Source of the DNA: Candidatus Baldrarchaeota archaeon
GTDB taxonomy: Archaea; Asgardarchaeota; Baldrarchaeia; Baldrarchaeales; DXJG01
NCBI GenBank assembly: GCA_019056805.1
Contig: DXJG01000006.1
Span: 1-31,494, forward strand
Reading direction: 5' to 3'
DNA length: 31,494 bases
Positions 1 to 8,888 of this stretch are shown here, piece by piece. The translations under genes were made by a program, and so were the position numbers. Position 1 is the stretch's first letter, and every line of letters starts with the position of its first letter. The notes beneath the pieces are model-generated. The model saw nothing but the letters and a program-made list of their open reading frames with translations, made no database searches and was not told the origin of the DNA.

Positions 1-203
1 ACTAAAATTCTAGAAAGAGACATTTCACGTTAATGCATATACCTTTCAAGTGTTTTTAAACGCTAACTTGTAAGTTCTAAGTTGTTGCTATATTCTTAGA
101 AAAAGCGAAATAGCTAAAATAATAGGTGTAAAAATTTTAGTAAATATTCAAAATACTTGAAGAAGACATATTCTGTGTTGTATTCTTATATAAAAATATT
201 TAT

Positions 204-242
204 AAGTATACAAAGGGGAGAAATTATACTTAGTATACTTAG
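204..242 (+). promoter_or_regulatory. Candidate operator of the toxin-antitoxin operon: AAGTATA (204-210) facing two tandem copies of TATACTTAG (225-233, 234-242), downstream of a TATA-like stretch CTTATATAAAAATA (185-198)
   Basis: Exact inverted and direct repeats read directly, immediately upstream of the TTG start at 254, where a GGTGAT ribosome-binding-like motif lies at 244-249. RHH antitoxins commonly autoregulate at such sites. Confidence 0.4.
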
Positions 243-253
243 TGGTGATTTAG

Positions 254-514
254 TTGTCAACTATTAAGGTTAAGAAGGAAACTTTATTGAAGTTAACGAA
301 GTTGGTTGGATATTTAACTGAGAAAACTGGAAAGAGAATGACTTATGATGATGTTATACGTTATTTAATCAGTAATTTTGACAAAAAAGAAATATTAAAA
401 GAGAAAAAAATCGACGAGTTTACTCAAAAATTATTATCATATGTTGAAAAATCGTTTTTGGGTGCTGGACCAGAAGACTTTGAAGAATATGAGTATGAAG
501 ATTTAGGGGATTAA
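254..514 (+). CDS. VapB-like antitoxin, probable ribbon-helix-helix N-terminus
   Basis: 86 aa, N-terminal MSTIKVKKETLLKLTKLVGYLTEKTGKRMTYDDVIRYLI is RHH-like; TTG start; directly followed (1-nt gap) by a PIN-domain ORF. Confidence 0.7.
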   Translation: MSTIKVKKETLLKLTKLVGYLTEKTGKRMTYDDVIRYLISNFDKKEILKEKKIDEFTQKLLSYVEKSFLGAGPEDFEEYEYEDLGD

Positions 515-515
515 A

Positions 516-995
516 ATGAATGTTTTTGTCGATACAGAAATATGGAGTTTTGCTCAGAAAGTACCTGCAAAAGAAAAGTTTATGGATAAACTAAAGTATG
601 AGAAGTTTTTAAAGGCACATATTGAAGCAAAAAGTTTTTTGAAAAAAGTTTTAAGCGAAGAAATAATTTACATGTCACTTCATCAAGTTGCAGAAATTTT
701 TCACGTTTTAGGATTCAGAGGTTTTAAACTACCCATAGACTTTGTTACAGAATATGTAAATGCCTTAATACTTTCTGAGCGTGTGATAAAAATACCAGTC
801 ACAATTAATCACTTTCAAGAGGCTTTAAAATTAAGTAAAGAAAGCGGAATACACATATGGGATTTCCTTTGTATAATACCAATAAAAGAATACATAGACA
901 GAATATATACTGTTGACAAACATTTCCTCCACAAAACTTTCCAAAAACTAGGAATAAAAATAGAAAACCCACTAAAAATATGGATAAAAGTCTAA
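516..995 (+). CDS. PIN-domain toxin (VapC-like ribonuclease)
   Basis: 159 aa with PIN-like acidic motifs: FVDTEIW at the N-terminus, HIWDFLCIIP and YTVDKHF toward the C-terminus; paired with an RHH-like antitoxin. Confidence 0.75.
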   Translation: MNVFVDTEIWSFAQKVPAKEKFMDKLKYEKFLKAHIEAKSFLKKVLSEEIIYMSLHQVAEIFHVLGFRGFKLPIDFVTEYVNALILSERVIKIPVTINHFQEALKLSKESGIHIWDFLCIIPIKEYIDRIYTVDKHFLHKTFQKLGIKIENPLKIWIKV

Positions 996-1109
996 CCGAG
1001 AGTAAAATAATGCTTAAATGAAATTTTTAGGGGAAATTGATTTTGATAAAATATGGAATATTATTCTAAGCTGACTTTACTGAAAGTTGTCAAATAAATA
1101 GCTATAGAT

Positions 1110-1904
1110 GTGATATATTTGGGGAATATGCATGTTTCCTCACTTAACTATGATATTTGGAAAGCTGTAACTCATCTTTACTTAAATGATCCATTAAATC
1201 ATGTTTACCTCATGTATGACCTTATCTACGAGTTAAATAAGGTTGATATCTACTTTCAATTAGCTGGTAAGAAAATTATCGGCTACCTGCTTATTTGGAA
1301 GGGATTTGACACTCCTGGTGTTCATATATGGGGTAGTACCCGTGAAAATTAGTTTTACCTATCGAACGATCAATGGATATCCAAGTATACAGTGAAGATT
1401 TATTGAATCTCTTAGTTAAATATCTTAAATCCAAGGGAAATAATGTAACTGTAAAAACGTATCTTAATATGGTTGTAGATGAGGGTAGCTTTAAACCATA
1501 CAGCCCTGAGAAGGTCATTAGACTTAGTGAGAAAGACTTAAACTTTTTCATGGAGATTAAGAAGGTTCAAGGCCGTATGATGACTAAAGATTCAGCTAGA
1601 GATTTAATAAGAAAATGGAGGTACTATGGTCTTTATGTTGATAATGGGTTAGTAGCTATAGCATGGTCCTACTCTAAAAATGAATGAAGTGTGGATAATA
1701 GGTGATGTATTTACTCACCCAGATTATAGAGGTAGAGGTTATGCGAAGATAGTTACATCAGCAGTAACGAAAGACGCAGTAACTGCGGGAGCAAAAACAT
1801 TTTTACACGTAAAAGAAGATAGCATCTCTGCAATTAAAGTCTATAAAGCATTAGGCTACAAAGTTTTAGGCAAAAGACAATGGATATTCTACAATAAAAC
1901 ATAG
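1110..1904 (+). pseudogene. GNAT-family N-acetyltransferase, reading frame interrupted twice (ORFs 1110-1352, 1373-1687, 1680-1904)
   Basis: The three ORFs read as one GNAT: N-terminal HLYLNDPLNHVYLMYDLIYE, middle VDNGLVAIAWSYS, and C-terminal acetyl-CoA loop VFTHPDYRGRGYAKIV plus YKALGYKVLGKRQWIFY. Frame changes occur near 1345-1350 (AAAATT) and near 1676-1683 (A5 run). Confidence 0.75.
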
Positions 1905-1968
1905 GAACAAATAAAATAGTTGAAATTAATATTAACATTATTAGGAACAGTATATTGAGGGTAAAACC

Positions 1969-3363
1969 TTGGATTTTGATGAAATTGTAGAATATTATTC
2001 TAAGCCGATTGTGAGAAAGGAAATTGTAGAGTATTCACGAGGCAGATGGATTGCTATACATACGTTAAGAGGGGGATTAACAGGACTTTTTGTCCGATAT
2101 TGGAGTAAAACTGGGCCACCGCTACATATTTCTAAAGAAGAAGATCTGGATGGGTTGATGAAGAGGTTTCGGGGTTTAAGACCTAGAACCTTTTATGCAT
2201 CCATAAACGTATATTCTAGGATTTTAAGGAGAGAAGATGTAGAGAATCCTGACAATATTCTATATACTACTCCTATATGGGATATTGATGGATCTTTAGA
2301 ATACTGGGACAAAGTTATCGACGTAGCGAGAGTAATAGTTGATGAACTTGAAAAAGAAGGAGTTTCAAAATCAATATATCTTAAATGGTCTGGAAGAGGA
2401 ATACATATCCATTTACATGAAAAAGCCATTTCAAGCGACGTTTTGTCGAAACATCACCCTCTAGATATAGCTTACTCAATCGTCGACTACATAATTAAAA
2501 AGTGTACAGATAAAATCGTTGAAATCATAAAAAATGTTACAGGTGGAGAAAGACCGTTAAAAGTCGAAAATGAAATGGACCTTAAAAGAGTATTTACAGT
2601 TCCTCTTTCACTCCATAAATCTCTGGACTATGCGGTTATATGCTTTAAACCTAATGAACTAGATGAATTTACTACCGAATGGGCTAAGCCCGACGTATTA
2701 AAACACAATACTGATTGGAGAAGTTATAGTGAAGGAGAAGCTGACGCACTTGCTTTGAAAGCTATGAAGGAAATTGGAGGATACTTTAAGAGGGTTGGCG
2801 AAATTAGAACCGTTGTGCAAACCGTAGAACCTACAATTACTAGGAAGGTTAGTAGAAAACCTACTATGAAAGTAGGTAGATTTCAAGTTATGGCCCTTCT
2901 TCAAGCAGCAAGATACTATCTTTTAACCGGAGATCTTGAAAAAGCGAAATCTTTTGGCCTTAATAGAGCTATATTTTATGCTTGGGCTAAATATCATGGT
3001 AGAGATAGAATATTTAAGAGAAAACTAACGGGTAGAGAAAAAGAGGTTGAATATACCGTTGAACGAGGGAGAAGACTGGTTTATGTTGGCGATGAGGGAG
3101 CCTTTATGTCTGAACGTGGATGGTTCATAATTGGTGATAAAGAACAATTACCTAGTGATTATGATAAAGAAATTGCTAGAAAAATAGACTCTATTGTTCC
3201 ATACGATTTAGCTTGGAAAAGTGCCGTGGAATATTTAAAGAAATTCCCCAAAAACGTTTTACTAAATCAGCAAAAATTTTTCAATGAGGCGTATAAGAGA
3301 GTGAGAGATATCTTCATAGATAAAATTGTTAAAGTCAAAGGATTTGATAGGCCTTTATCATAA
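1969..3363 (+). CDS. Archaeo-eukaryotic primase (AEP/PriS-like) family protein with an additional C-terminal region
   Basis: 464 aa, TTG start. AEP-like motifs: DxD in TTPIWDIDGSLEYW, sxH in YLKWSGRGIHIHLHEK, and RVFTVPLSLHKSLD. Region after about residue 300 is unassigned. Confidence 0.7.
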   Translation: MDFDEIVEYYSKPIVRKEIVEYSRGRWIAIHTLRGGLTGLFVRYWSKTGPPLHISKEEDLDGLMKRFRGLRPRTFYASINVYSRILRREDVENPDNILYTTPIWDIDGSLEYWDKVIDVARVIVDELEKEGVSKSIYLKWSGRGIHIHLHEKAISSDVLSKHHPLDIAYSIVDYIIKKCTDKIVEIIKNVTGGERPLKVENEMDLKRVFTVPLSLHKSLDYAVICFKPNELDEFTTEWAKPDVLKHNTDWRSYSEGEADALALKAMKEIGGYFKRVGEIRTVVQTVEPTITRKVSRKPTMKVGRFQVMALLQAARYYLLTGDLEKAKSFGLNRAIFYAWAKYHGRDRIFKRKLTGREKEVEYTVERGRRLVYVGDEGAFMSERGWFIIGDKEQLPSDYDKEIARKIDSIVPYDLAWKSAVEYLKKFPKNVLLNQQKFFNEAYKRVRDIFIDKIVKVKGFDRPLS

Positions 3364-3372
3364 TTTTTAATT

Positions 3373-4716
3373 TTATTTCTCTGCTTTAGGCAGTGGCGGT
3401 ATCAAAGGAACTTTTGCTGGTGCTATTCTTCTCGTCTCCTTTAACAGCAAGAAGGAAAGAGCAGTTATTGCTCTCAAAATTACACTTATCGTTAACACCG
3501 TGTTTAAAGCTTGTATTTCGCTTTGAAACGTTTGGAAAAACATACCTAGATAGCCACTAAACATTGGACCTATGGAAAAGGCTAAACCAGTTATCGTGTT
3601 ATATGTAGCGAAGTAAGTTCCTCGTTCATGTTCCCCTGAAACATCCAATATATAAGCTGAGATGGCAACCATAGATAATCCGTTAGATATACCACCTATA
3701 ATATTCGCAAGATAAACATAATACATATTTTGAGATAAAATAAATAGAAACGGGTACAAAGGTAACATTATTCGCGATACCACTATTATCGGCTTTCTTC
3801 CAAACCTATCTGCAAGCTTACCCAAGTAAAATTGACTTAAAGAAGCAGTAACCCCAAATATTATCGATGCAATAGCTATTTCAAATTTAGAAGCTTGCAA
3901 TTTCCTTATCATTACAACCGAGAAATAAGGCCAAGACATACTCATAGCTACTCCAAAAATCACCTCTAAAGAACAAAGTCTTCGAAAATACTTATTCTTA
4001 AGAGTTTCCTTAATTGCTCTTTTTAACCCTTGATAGACGGGTGTACCTCCATCCTCAACCGGCTCCCTAAACTTCAAAATGAGTAGAGATCCTAATACGC
4101 CGAAAATAGCGGCTGCTGTAAAAGCAAAAGTATATTGAGATTCTAAAGTAGCTCCCATTATCCAAGTCATAACTATTCCCGCTATAGCTGTTGCAGACAC
4201 TCTCGCTGCAAAAGCTATTCCATTTATTTTACCAAGAGCTTTTCCTCGGACTTTTTCAGGTATTATTTTGCCTAGTAAAGCGTTCCATGCTGGTACTGCA
4301 GCAGACAATATAACAAAGTGAATAGCCAGGAACAATGCAAAAAGCATTGGGGTTTTAGCAAAGAGAAATAAGAGTATTAAAGTACTACCTACAAGATATC
4401 CGAAAAACATGAAGGGTTTCCGTTTTCCTATTTTATCTGATAGTCCTCCCCAAATTGGTTGTAATATTGTTGGCGCAGCGGTGCTAACAGCTGTTATTAT
4501 ACCCATTTCACCGTAAGTTGCCTCTCTTTCCACCGCATATATGTTAAGGTATGGTTGGTATAACCCTCCACTGAATGAGAGGAAACATGCTGTAGCATAT
4601 ATTACTGGTGGAATACCACTGTTCTTACTGTCTTCATTGGCCATCGCTCTTAATCCCCCGCAGTACACATGCAACAAACCAATAAGATTTAAACCTATCG
4701 ATACCGGCTTTAACAA
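3373..4716 (-). CDS. MFS transporter
   Basis: 447 aa, multiple hydrophobic helices; MFS loop signatures GGLSDKIGKRKPF and LGKLADRFGRKPIIV. A more likely start is the internal ATG at 4644 (MANEDSKNSG...). Confidence 0.85.
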   Translation of the reverse strand: MLKPVSIGLNLIGLLHVYCGGLRAMANEDSKNSGIPPVIYATACFLSFSGGLYQPYLNIYAVEREATYGEMGIITAVSTAAPTILQPIWGGLSDKIGKRKPFMFFGYLVGSTLILLFLFAKTPMLFALFLAIHFVILSAAVPAWNALLGKIIPEKVRGKALGKINGIAFAARVSATAIAGIVMTWIMGATLESQYTFAFTAAAIFGVLGSLLILKFREPVEDGGTPVYQGLKRAIKETLKNKYFRRLCSLEVIFGVAMSMSWPYFSVVMIRKLQASKFEIAIASIIFGVTASLSQFYLGKLADRFGRKPIIVVSRIMLPLYPFLFILSQNMYYVYLANIIGGISNGLSMVAISAYILDVSGEHERGTYFATYNTITGLAFSIGPMFSGYLGMFFQTFQSEIQALNTVLTISVILRAITALSFLLLKETRRIAPAKVPLIPPLPKAEK

Positions 4717-4881
4717 TGTATTAATTAGTAGTCGGGCGAGTTAAACAAATAAGAAAAGCTCCACACACTACATTTGTTAAAGAGAAGACAATAAAGTTAT
4801 TTACATAATTTAAATATTAAATTCATAACCAAGAGGACTAGTATGTGGCATCAAAATTAAAACATCAATTGAGATGGTCGT

Positions 4882-5376
4882 ATGTTCAAAAACAAAATTC
4901 CTTTAATTGTTTTATCTCTTTTAGCATTTCCTCTAGCCTCGATATTTGGATATTTCACTTACCACTATTTTCACCTAGCCGCATTAAGCATACATGAGGC
5001 TATACCTGATGAAGCTGTCCTTTTTCTCCCAGTTTTCGCCACTTTGTGGCTTATTCCAACATCTATTGTTGTTCATTTTTCAGCTAAACATTTACATGGA
5101 AAAGGAAGCTACTTGCAAGACCTTGCTGCACTTGGCTTAGCTTTAGCTTTTGTGGACTTACTTATGTGGTTTGGCTGGCTTGGAGGACCATTAACCTTCT
5201 GGTTAGCGCTTGTAATATGTTTTTTCCCATATGTGCTACTACATGGCTGGTTGTTGAAAAATATTCATGAACTAGATTTATATCGTGCTATGTTTGTAGG
5301 CATAGCTGTTTTCTTAACTACACTCTTTGGTTTTATGGTAGCAGTAGAATTGTTAGGATACTTGTACTGGTTATAG
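4882..5376 (+). CDS. Hypothetical multi-pass membrane protein
   Basis: 164 aa, about five hydrophobic segments; no family recognised. Confidence 0.55.
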   Translation: MFKNKIPLIVLSLLAFPLASIFGYFTYHYFHLAALSIHEAIPDEAVLFLPVFATLWLIPTSIVVHFSAKHLHGKGSYLQDLAALGLALAFVDLLMWFGWLGGPLTFWLALVICFFPYVLLHGWLLKNIHELDLYRAMFVGIAVFLTTLFGFMVAVELLGYLYWL

Positions 5377-5534
5377 GCAACAAGGCATGTACTTTCACGC
5401 TTTTATATTTAAAATTTTAAGGTAATGGATACTCCTCGTATTACTTAAGCTAAGTTATTAAGTTTTGTGAACAGCTTCATCAACATTTAAAATATAAGCT
5501 TAAAGAGAAATAAATGGATGTTATCTTCTACTAA

Positions 5535-5858
5535 ATGTTTAAAGTTATTTCGTTTTACATTTTATGTTGGTGGTTTGCTATGGCCTTGGTGCTAAATAAC
5601 TCTGATAATGTTGCTGTTGCTTTAAGGGATTTGAAGCCAGGAGACGTTATTAACGTATTCTTAGGGGACATGGTTAAAGTTGTTAAAATCAGAGATAAAA
5701 TTCCTAAAGGACATAAATTTGCAATTAAAAATATCAAGAAGGGTGAAAAGGTTTTAAAATACGGTGAGATTATTGGCATCGCTTCTAAAGACATTTTAGA
5801 GGGAGAACATGTACATGTTCACAATGTTATAAGTTATTATAAGGTCTCTATGGGATAA
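5535..5858 (+). CDS. UxaA-family dehydratase/hydrolase small (SAF-domain) subunit
   Basis: SAF-like sequence NVAVALRDLKPGD...KIPKGHKFAIKNIKKGEKVLKYGEIIGIASKDILEGEHVHVHNV is typical of the UxaA/altronate dehydratase N-terminal domain. Likely true start is the ATG at 5580. Confidence 0.8.
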   Translation: MFKVISFYILCWWFAMALVLNNSDNVAVALRDLKPGDVINVFLGDMVKVVKIRDKIPKGHKFAIKNIKKGEKVLKYGEIIGIASKDILEGEHVHVHNVISYYKVSMG

Positions 5859-5862
5859 GAAC

Positions 5863-6839
5863 ATGAAGTTAACTAATATGGAAAACAAGTGCAAGAGGGA
5901 ACATCATAGTTCCGAATTGAATGATCAGTTATCAATAGTTTCTGAACTATCTCTTGAGGATGTAAATCTTGTTAAGAAGATGTTTATTGAACATAAAGAT
6001 GAGGAATTTGTTTATCTTCAAAACATTTACTTATATGACGTATTTTATCACGCTAAATCTTCTAGCCCCCTCATAATAAAAATTGGAAACAACATCGTTG
6101 GAAGCTTATATGCTGCCAAATTTTTTTCAACTCAGGTTACATAGGTGGAGTACTTATACATCGAAAATATAGAAGAAAAGGCATCGGAACACTACTTCTT
6201 AAAAAAGCTTTAGAATGGCTAAAAACACCTCATACATTCCTTTTCGTCGAACCTGAAAACATCGCTGCACAAAAATTGTTTAGGAAATGCGGATTCAAAA
6301 TTCTCTATAGAAGAGTTATATGTCAAGGAGTATACAAACCAAGCAAAGCTCATGAAGATATTAAAACCTATGTCGATTTAAATGAACTTAGTGAAACTAA
6401 ATGCTTTAATAAAAGACAAGGTGTCATACACCTAGGATATTACCCTGTTAAACTGAGCGAAAAAGCATTAAAAACTTTAGAAAGCCAAGGTAAAGTCCTA
6501 AACTACAAATCTACCACCCTAATTTATGAACTTTCTAAAATAGTTAAAATGGGAGAATACGAATTCACCTTTAACAATTATATATTAGAGGAAATTAAAG
6601 ATAAAATACCTCTTACCATAATGGGAAATGTTATTGAGATAAACCCCTTCCATAAAAAACTAGTCAAGAAAGATTTCTCCAAGTTATTAGAACACTTAAG
6701 ACATTTGTACGGCAATATCCAAATGTATGTGTTGACCTATGAAAATGATCCAATCATAAAAGTACTAAAAGAGCTAGGTTTTAAATGTAGACTAGGGGCT
6801 TACGTAATGTGCGCCAATACCGTTAATGTTACATTATGA
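5863..6839 (+). pseudogene. GNAT-family protein (two GNAT-like halves), reading frame interrupted at T7 run (ORFs 5863-6144 and 6276-6839)
   Basis: ORF1 ends ...GSLYAAKFFSTQVT*. From the T7 run (6121-6127) the alternate frame continues NSGYIGGVLIHRKYRRKGIGTTLLKKALEWLKTPHTFLFVEPENIAAQKLFRKCGFKIL, a canonical GNAT acetyl-CoA binding region joined to the 6276 ORF. Confidence 0.75.
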
Positions 6840-8050
6840 ATAAGGTAGAGAAAAATTCCAAAAATGTATGTGGTGATCATTTGCCTAGAAATATTGATTT
6901 TGAGGGTTATATTAGACCTGATGGAAGTGTTGGCGTTAGGAACCATGTTCTTGTTATTCCTACTGTTGTTTGTAGTGCTCATGTTGCTGAGAAAATTTCC
7001 TGTAGTGTCAACGGTTCTACTTGTATTGTTCATCAACATGGTTGTGCTCAAGCTGGGGAAGATCTTGAACGAACTTTTAAAATTCTTTCTGGCTTTGGGA
7101 AAAATCCTAATGTTGCAAGCGTTCTTATCGTTGCCTTGGGTTGTGAAGCTATTTCATGTGAAAAGCTTGCCGATGAGATTTCTAAGTCAGGTAAACCTGT
7201 TGAAACTTTAATTATTCAAGAAGAAAAAGGGCTTAAAGAGGTCATTGAAAAGGGAATAAACATTGTTAGAAAACTTGTTGAAGAAGCTTCTCATCTTAAA
7301 AGAGAAAAGGTTGACTTAAGCGGCTTAATTGTTGCTGTTGAGTGTGGTGGTTCTGACTGGACTTCTGGTCTTGCTTCAAATCCAGCTGTTGGGTACGCGA
7401 TGGATCTTATAGTTGATAATGGTGGTCGTATCGTTTTTTCTGAAACAACTGAAATTATTGGTGGAGAACGTATTTTAGCTAAGCGATGTATTAACGATAA
7501 AGTTCGAGAGAAACTGCTAAAAATTGTTTCTAGAGTTATTGAAAGAGCTAGATGCGAAGGTATCGACTTAATTGGCACTAATCCTGCCCCAGGAAACATT
7601 AAAGGAGGTCTCTCTACTATCGAGGAAAAATCTCTCGGAGCTATTCTTAAATCTGGATCAAAAACCATCATAGATGTTTTAGAATATGGTGAAGAAATTC
7701 CTAGTAAGAGTGGATGCTATTTTATGGATACTCCCGGACAAGATGTAGAATCTATTTGCGGCATGGTTGCTGGAGGAGCCCAACTCGTTGTCTTTACCAC
7801 TGGTCTCGGTACACCAACCGGAAACCCTATTGTCCCAGTAATTAAAGTCACTGGTAATCTTGATACCTTTAAGAAAATGCCAGATATTATCGATATTTAT
7901 TTGGAAATTATTGAGGAAAAAGAGACTATCGAAGAAGCTGGTAGAAGAATTTTTGGAAAAATTCTCGAAGTTGCTTCTGGCGTTAAAACTTGTTCAGAAA
8001 TAAATGGAAATAAAGAATTTGCTATTTTTAGAACTGGATACACTTATTAA
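6836..8050 (+). CDS. UxaA-family dehydratase/hydrolase large subunit (altronate/galactarate dehydratase or sulfolactate lyase-like)
   Basis: 404 aa; GYIRPDGSVGVRNHVLVIPTVVCSAHVAEKIS, VHQHGCAQAGEDLERTFKIL, ECGGSDWTSGLASNPAVGYAMDLIVDNGGRIVFSETTEIIGGE, TGLGTPTGNPIVPVIKVTGN are family hallmarks. ATGA overlap with the upstream GNAT stop. Confidence 0.88.
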   Translation: MNKVEKNSKNVCGDHLPRNIDFEGYIRPDGSVGVRNHVLVIPTVVCSAHVAEKISCSVNGSTCIVHQHGCAQAGEDLERTFKILSGFGKNPNVASVLIVALGCEAISCEKLADEISKSGKPVETLIIQEEKGLKEVIEKGINIVRKLVEEASHLKREKVDLSGLIVAVECGGSDWTSGLASNPAVGYAMDLIVDNGGRIVFSETTEIIGGERILAKRCINDKVREKLLKIVSRVIERARCEGIDLIGTNPAPGNIKGGLSTIEEKSLGAILKSGSKTIIDVLEYGEEIPSKSGCYFMDTPGQDVESICGMVAGGAQLVVFTTGLGTPTGNPIVPVIKVTGNLDTFKKMPDIIDIYLEIIEEKETIEEAGRRIFGKILEVASGVKTCSEINGNKEFAIFRTGYTY

Positions 8051-8073
8051 CATAACTTAACAGTATTTTTAGT

Positions 8074-8751
8074 TCATAGAAGAGATTTATGTTCAAGCTT
8101 CTGTTTTATTTTTTCTATTATGTTTAGTTCTTGAAGCATATTATGTGTTTTCGTGTTTTTTCCAACCTTGATAAACTCTATGAGATCTTCCGGTTTATCT
8201 ATATCAAGAGCTATCCTTGGATTTTTATAAACTTTAAAATGCACATTATTCGCTAACGCTATCTCTCGATGTTTCTCAAAACTTCCAACTCCGTATCTAG
8301 GTGAAATTATATTTGGCGGCTGTCTAAATAAAAGATTTGTACCATAGCCGTCTTTTGAAGGCGAAATTACCACTATTTCTTCAATGTTTTTTCCCATAGA
8401 TACTGCTTCATCTATATCCTCCGGTTTAATTAATGGAATGTCCATGGGAACTATTGTAACATTTTTTGCACCCATTTTCATACAATAATTGGTAGCTATC
8501 ATTAATGACTCATTTAACCCTTTACCACTGTCATGTAGTGCCCTTATTCCAAAATTTTTAGCTTTTGCAAGAACTTTAACATCATTGGTAACCACGATTG
8601 TGTAATCGAGTTGTTTTGAACGAATTAAAGCATTTACAACATCTTCAAACATCGTTAGGCAGAGTAAATGGCGTTCATGTTCCTCTAATAGAGGCGCTAG
8701 TCTATGTTTTGCTTTATCTAACACTTTTACAGGAACTATTGCAAAAGACAA
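8074..8751 (-). CDS. cofC: 2-phospho-L-lactate guanylyltransferase (coenzyme F420 biosynthesis)
   Basis: 225 aa; IVPVKVLDKAKHRLAPLLEEHER, VVTNDVKVL, VPMDIPLIKPEDI, PSKDGYGTNLLFRQPPNIISPRYGVGSFEKH; in the same cluster as cofD. Confidence 0.9.
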   Translation of the reverse strand: MSFAIVPVKVLDKAKHRLAPLLEEHERHLLCLTMFEDVVNALIRSKQLDYTIVVTNDVKVLAKAKNFGIRALHDSGKGLNESLMIATNYCMKMGAKNVTIVPMDIPLIKPEDIDEAVSMGKNIEEIVVISPSKDGYGTNLLFRQPPNIISPRYGVGSFEKHREIALANNVHFKVYKNPRIALDIDKPEDLIEFIKVGKNTKTHNMLQELNIIEKIKQKLEHKSLL

Positions 8752-8888
8752 ATTACCACAACTCCCTTACCATTATTCCACTCAATGTTAGGCACTCTAC
8801 GGCATCTTTGCAAGTTAATTTTTATCTTTAACCTGTATAAACTTTTATTTGAAGCTTCCGTATCCTAGATTTTAAGTGTTTATTAACT

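Noticed and set aside
7291-7671. 126-aa antisense ORF in the UxaA large subunit gene
   Set aside because: Nested opposite a confident CDS, low-complexity Ser/Pro/Ile-rich translation.
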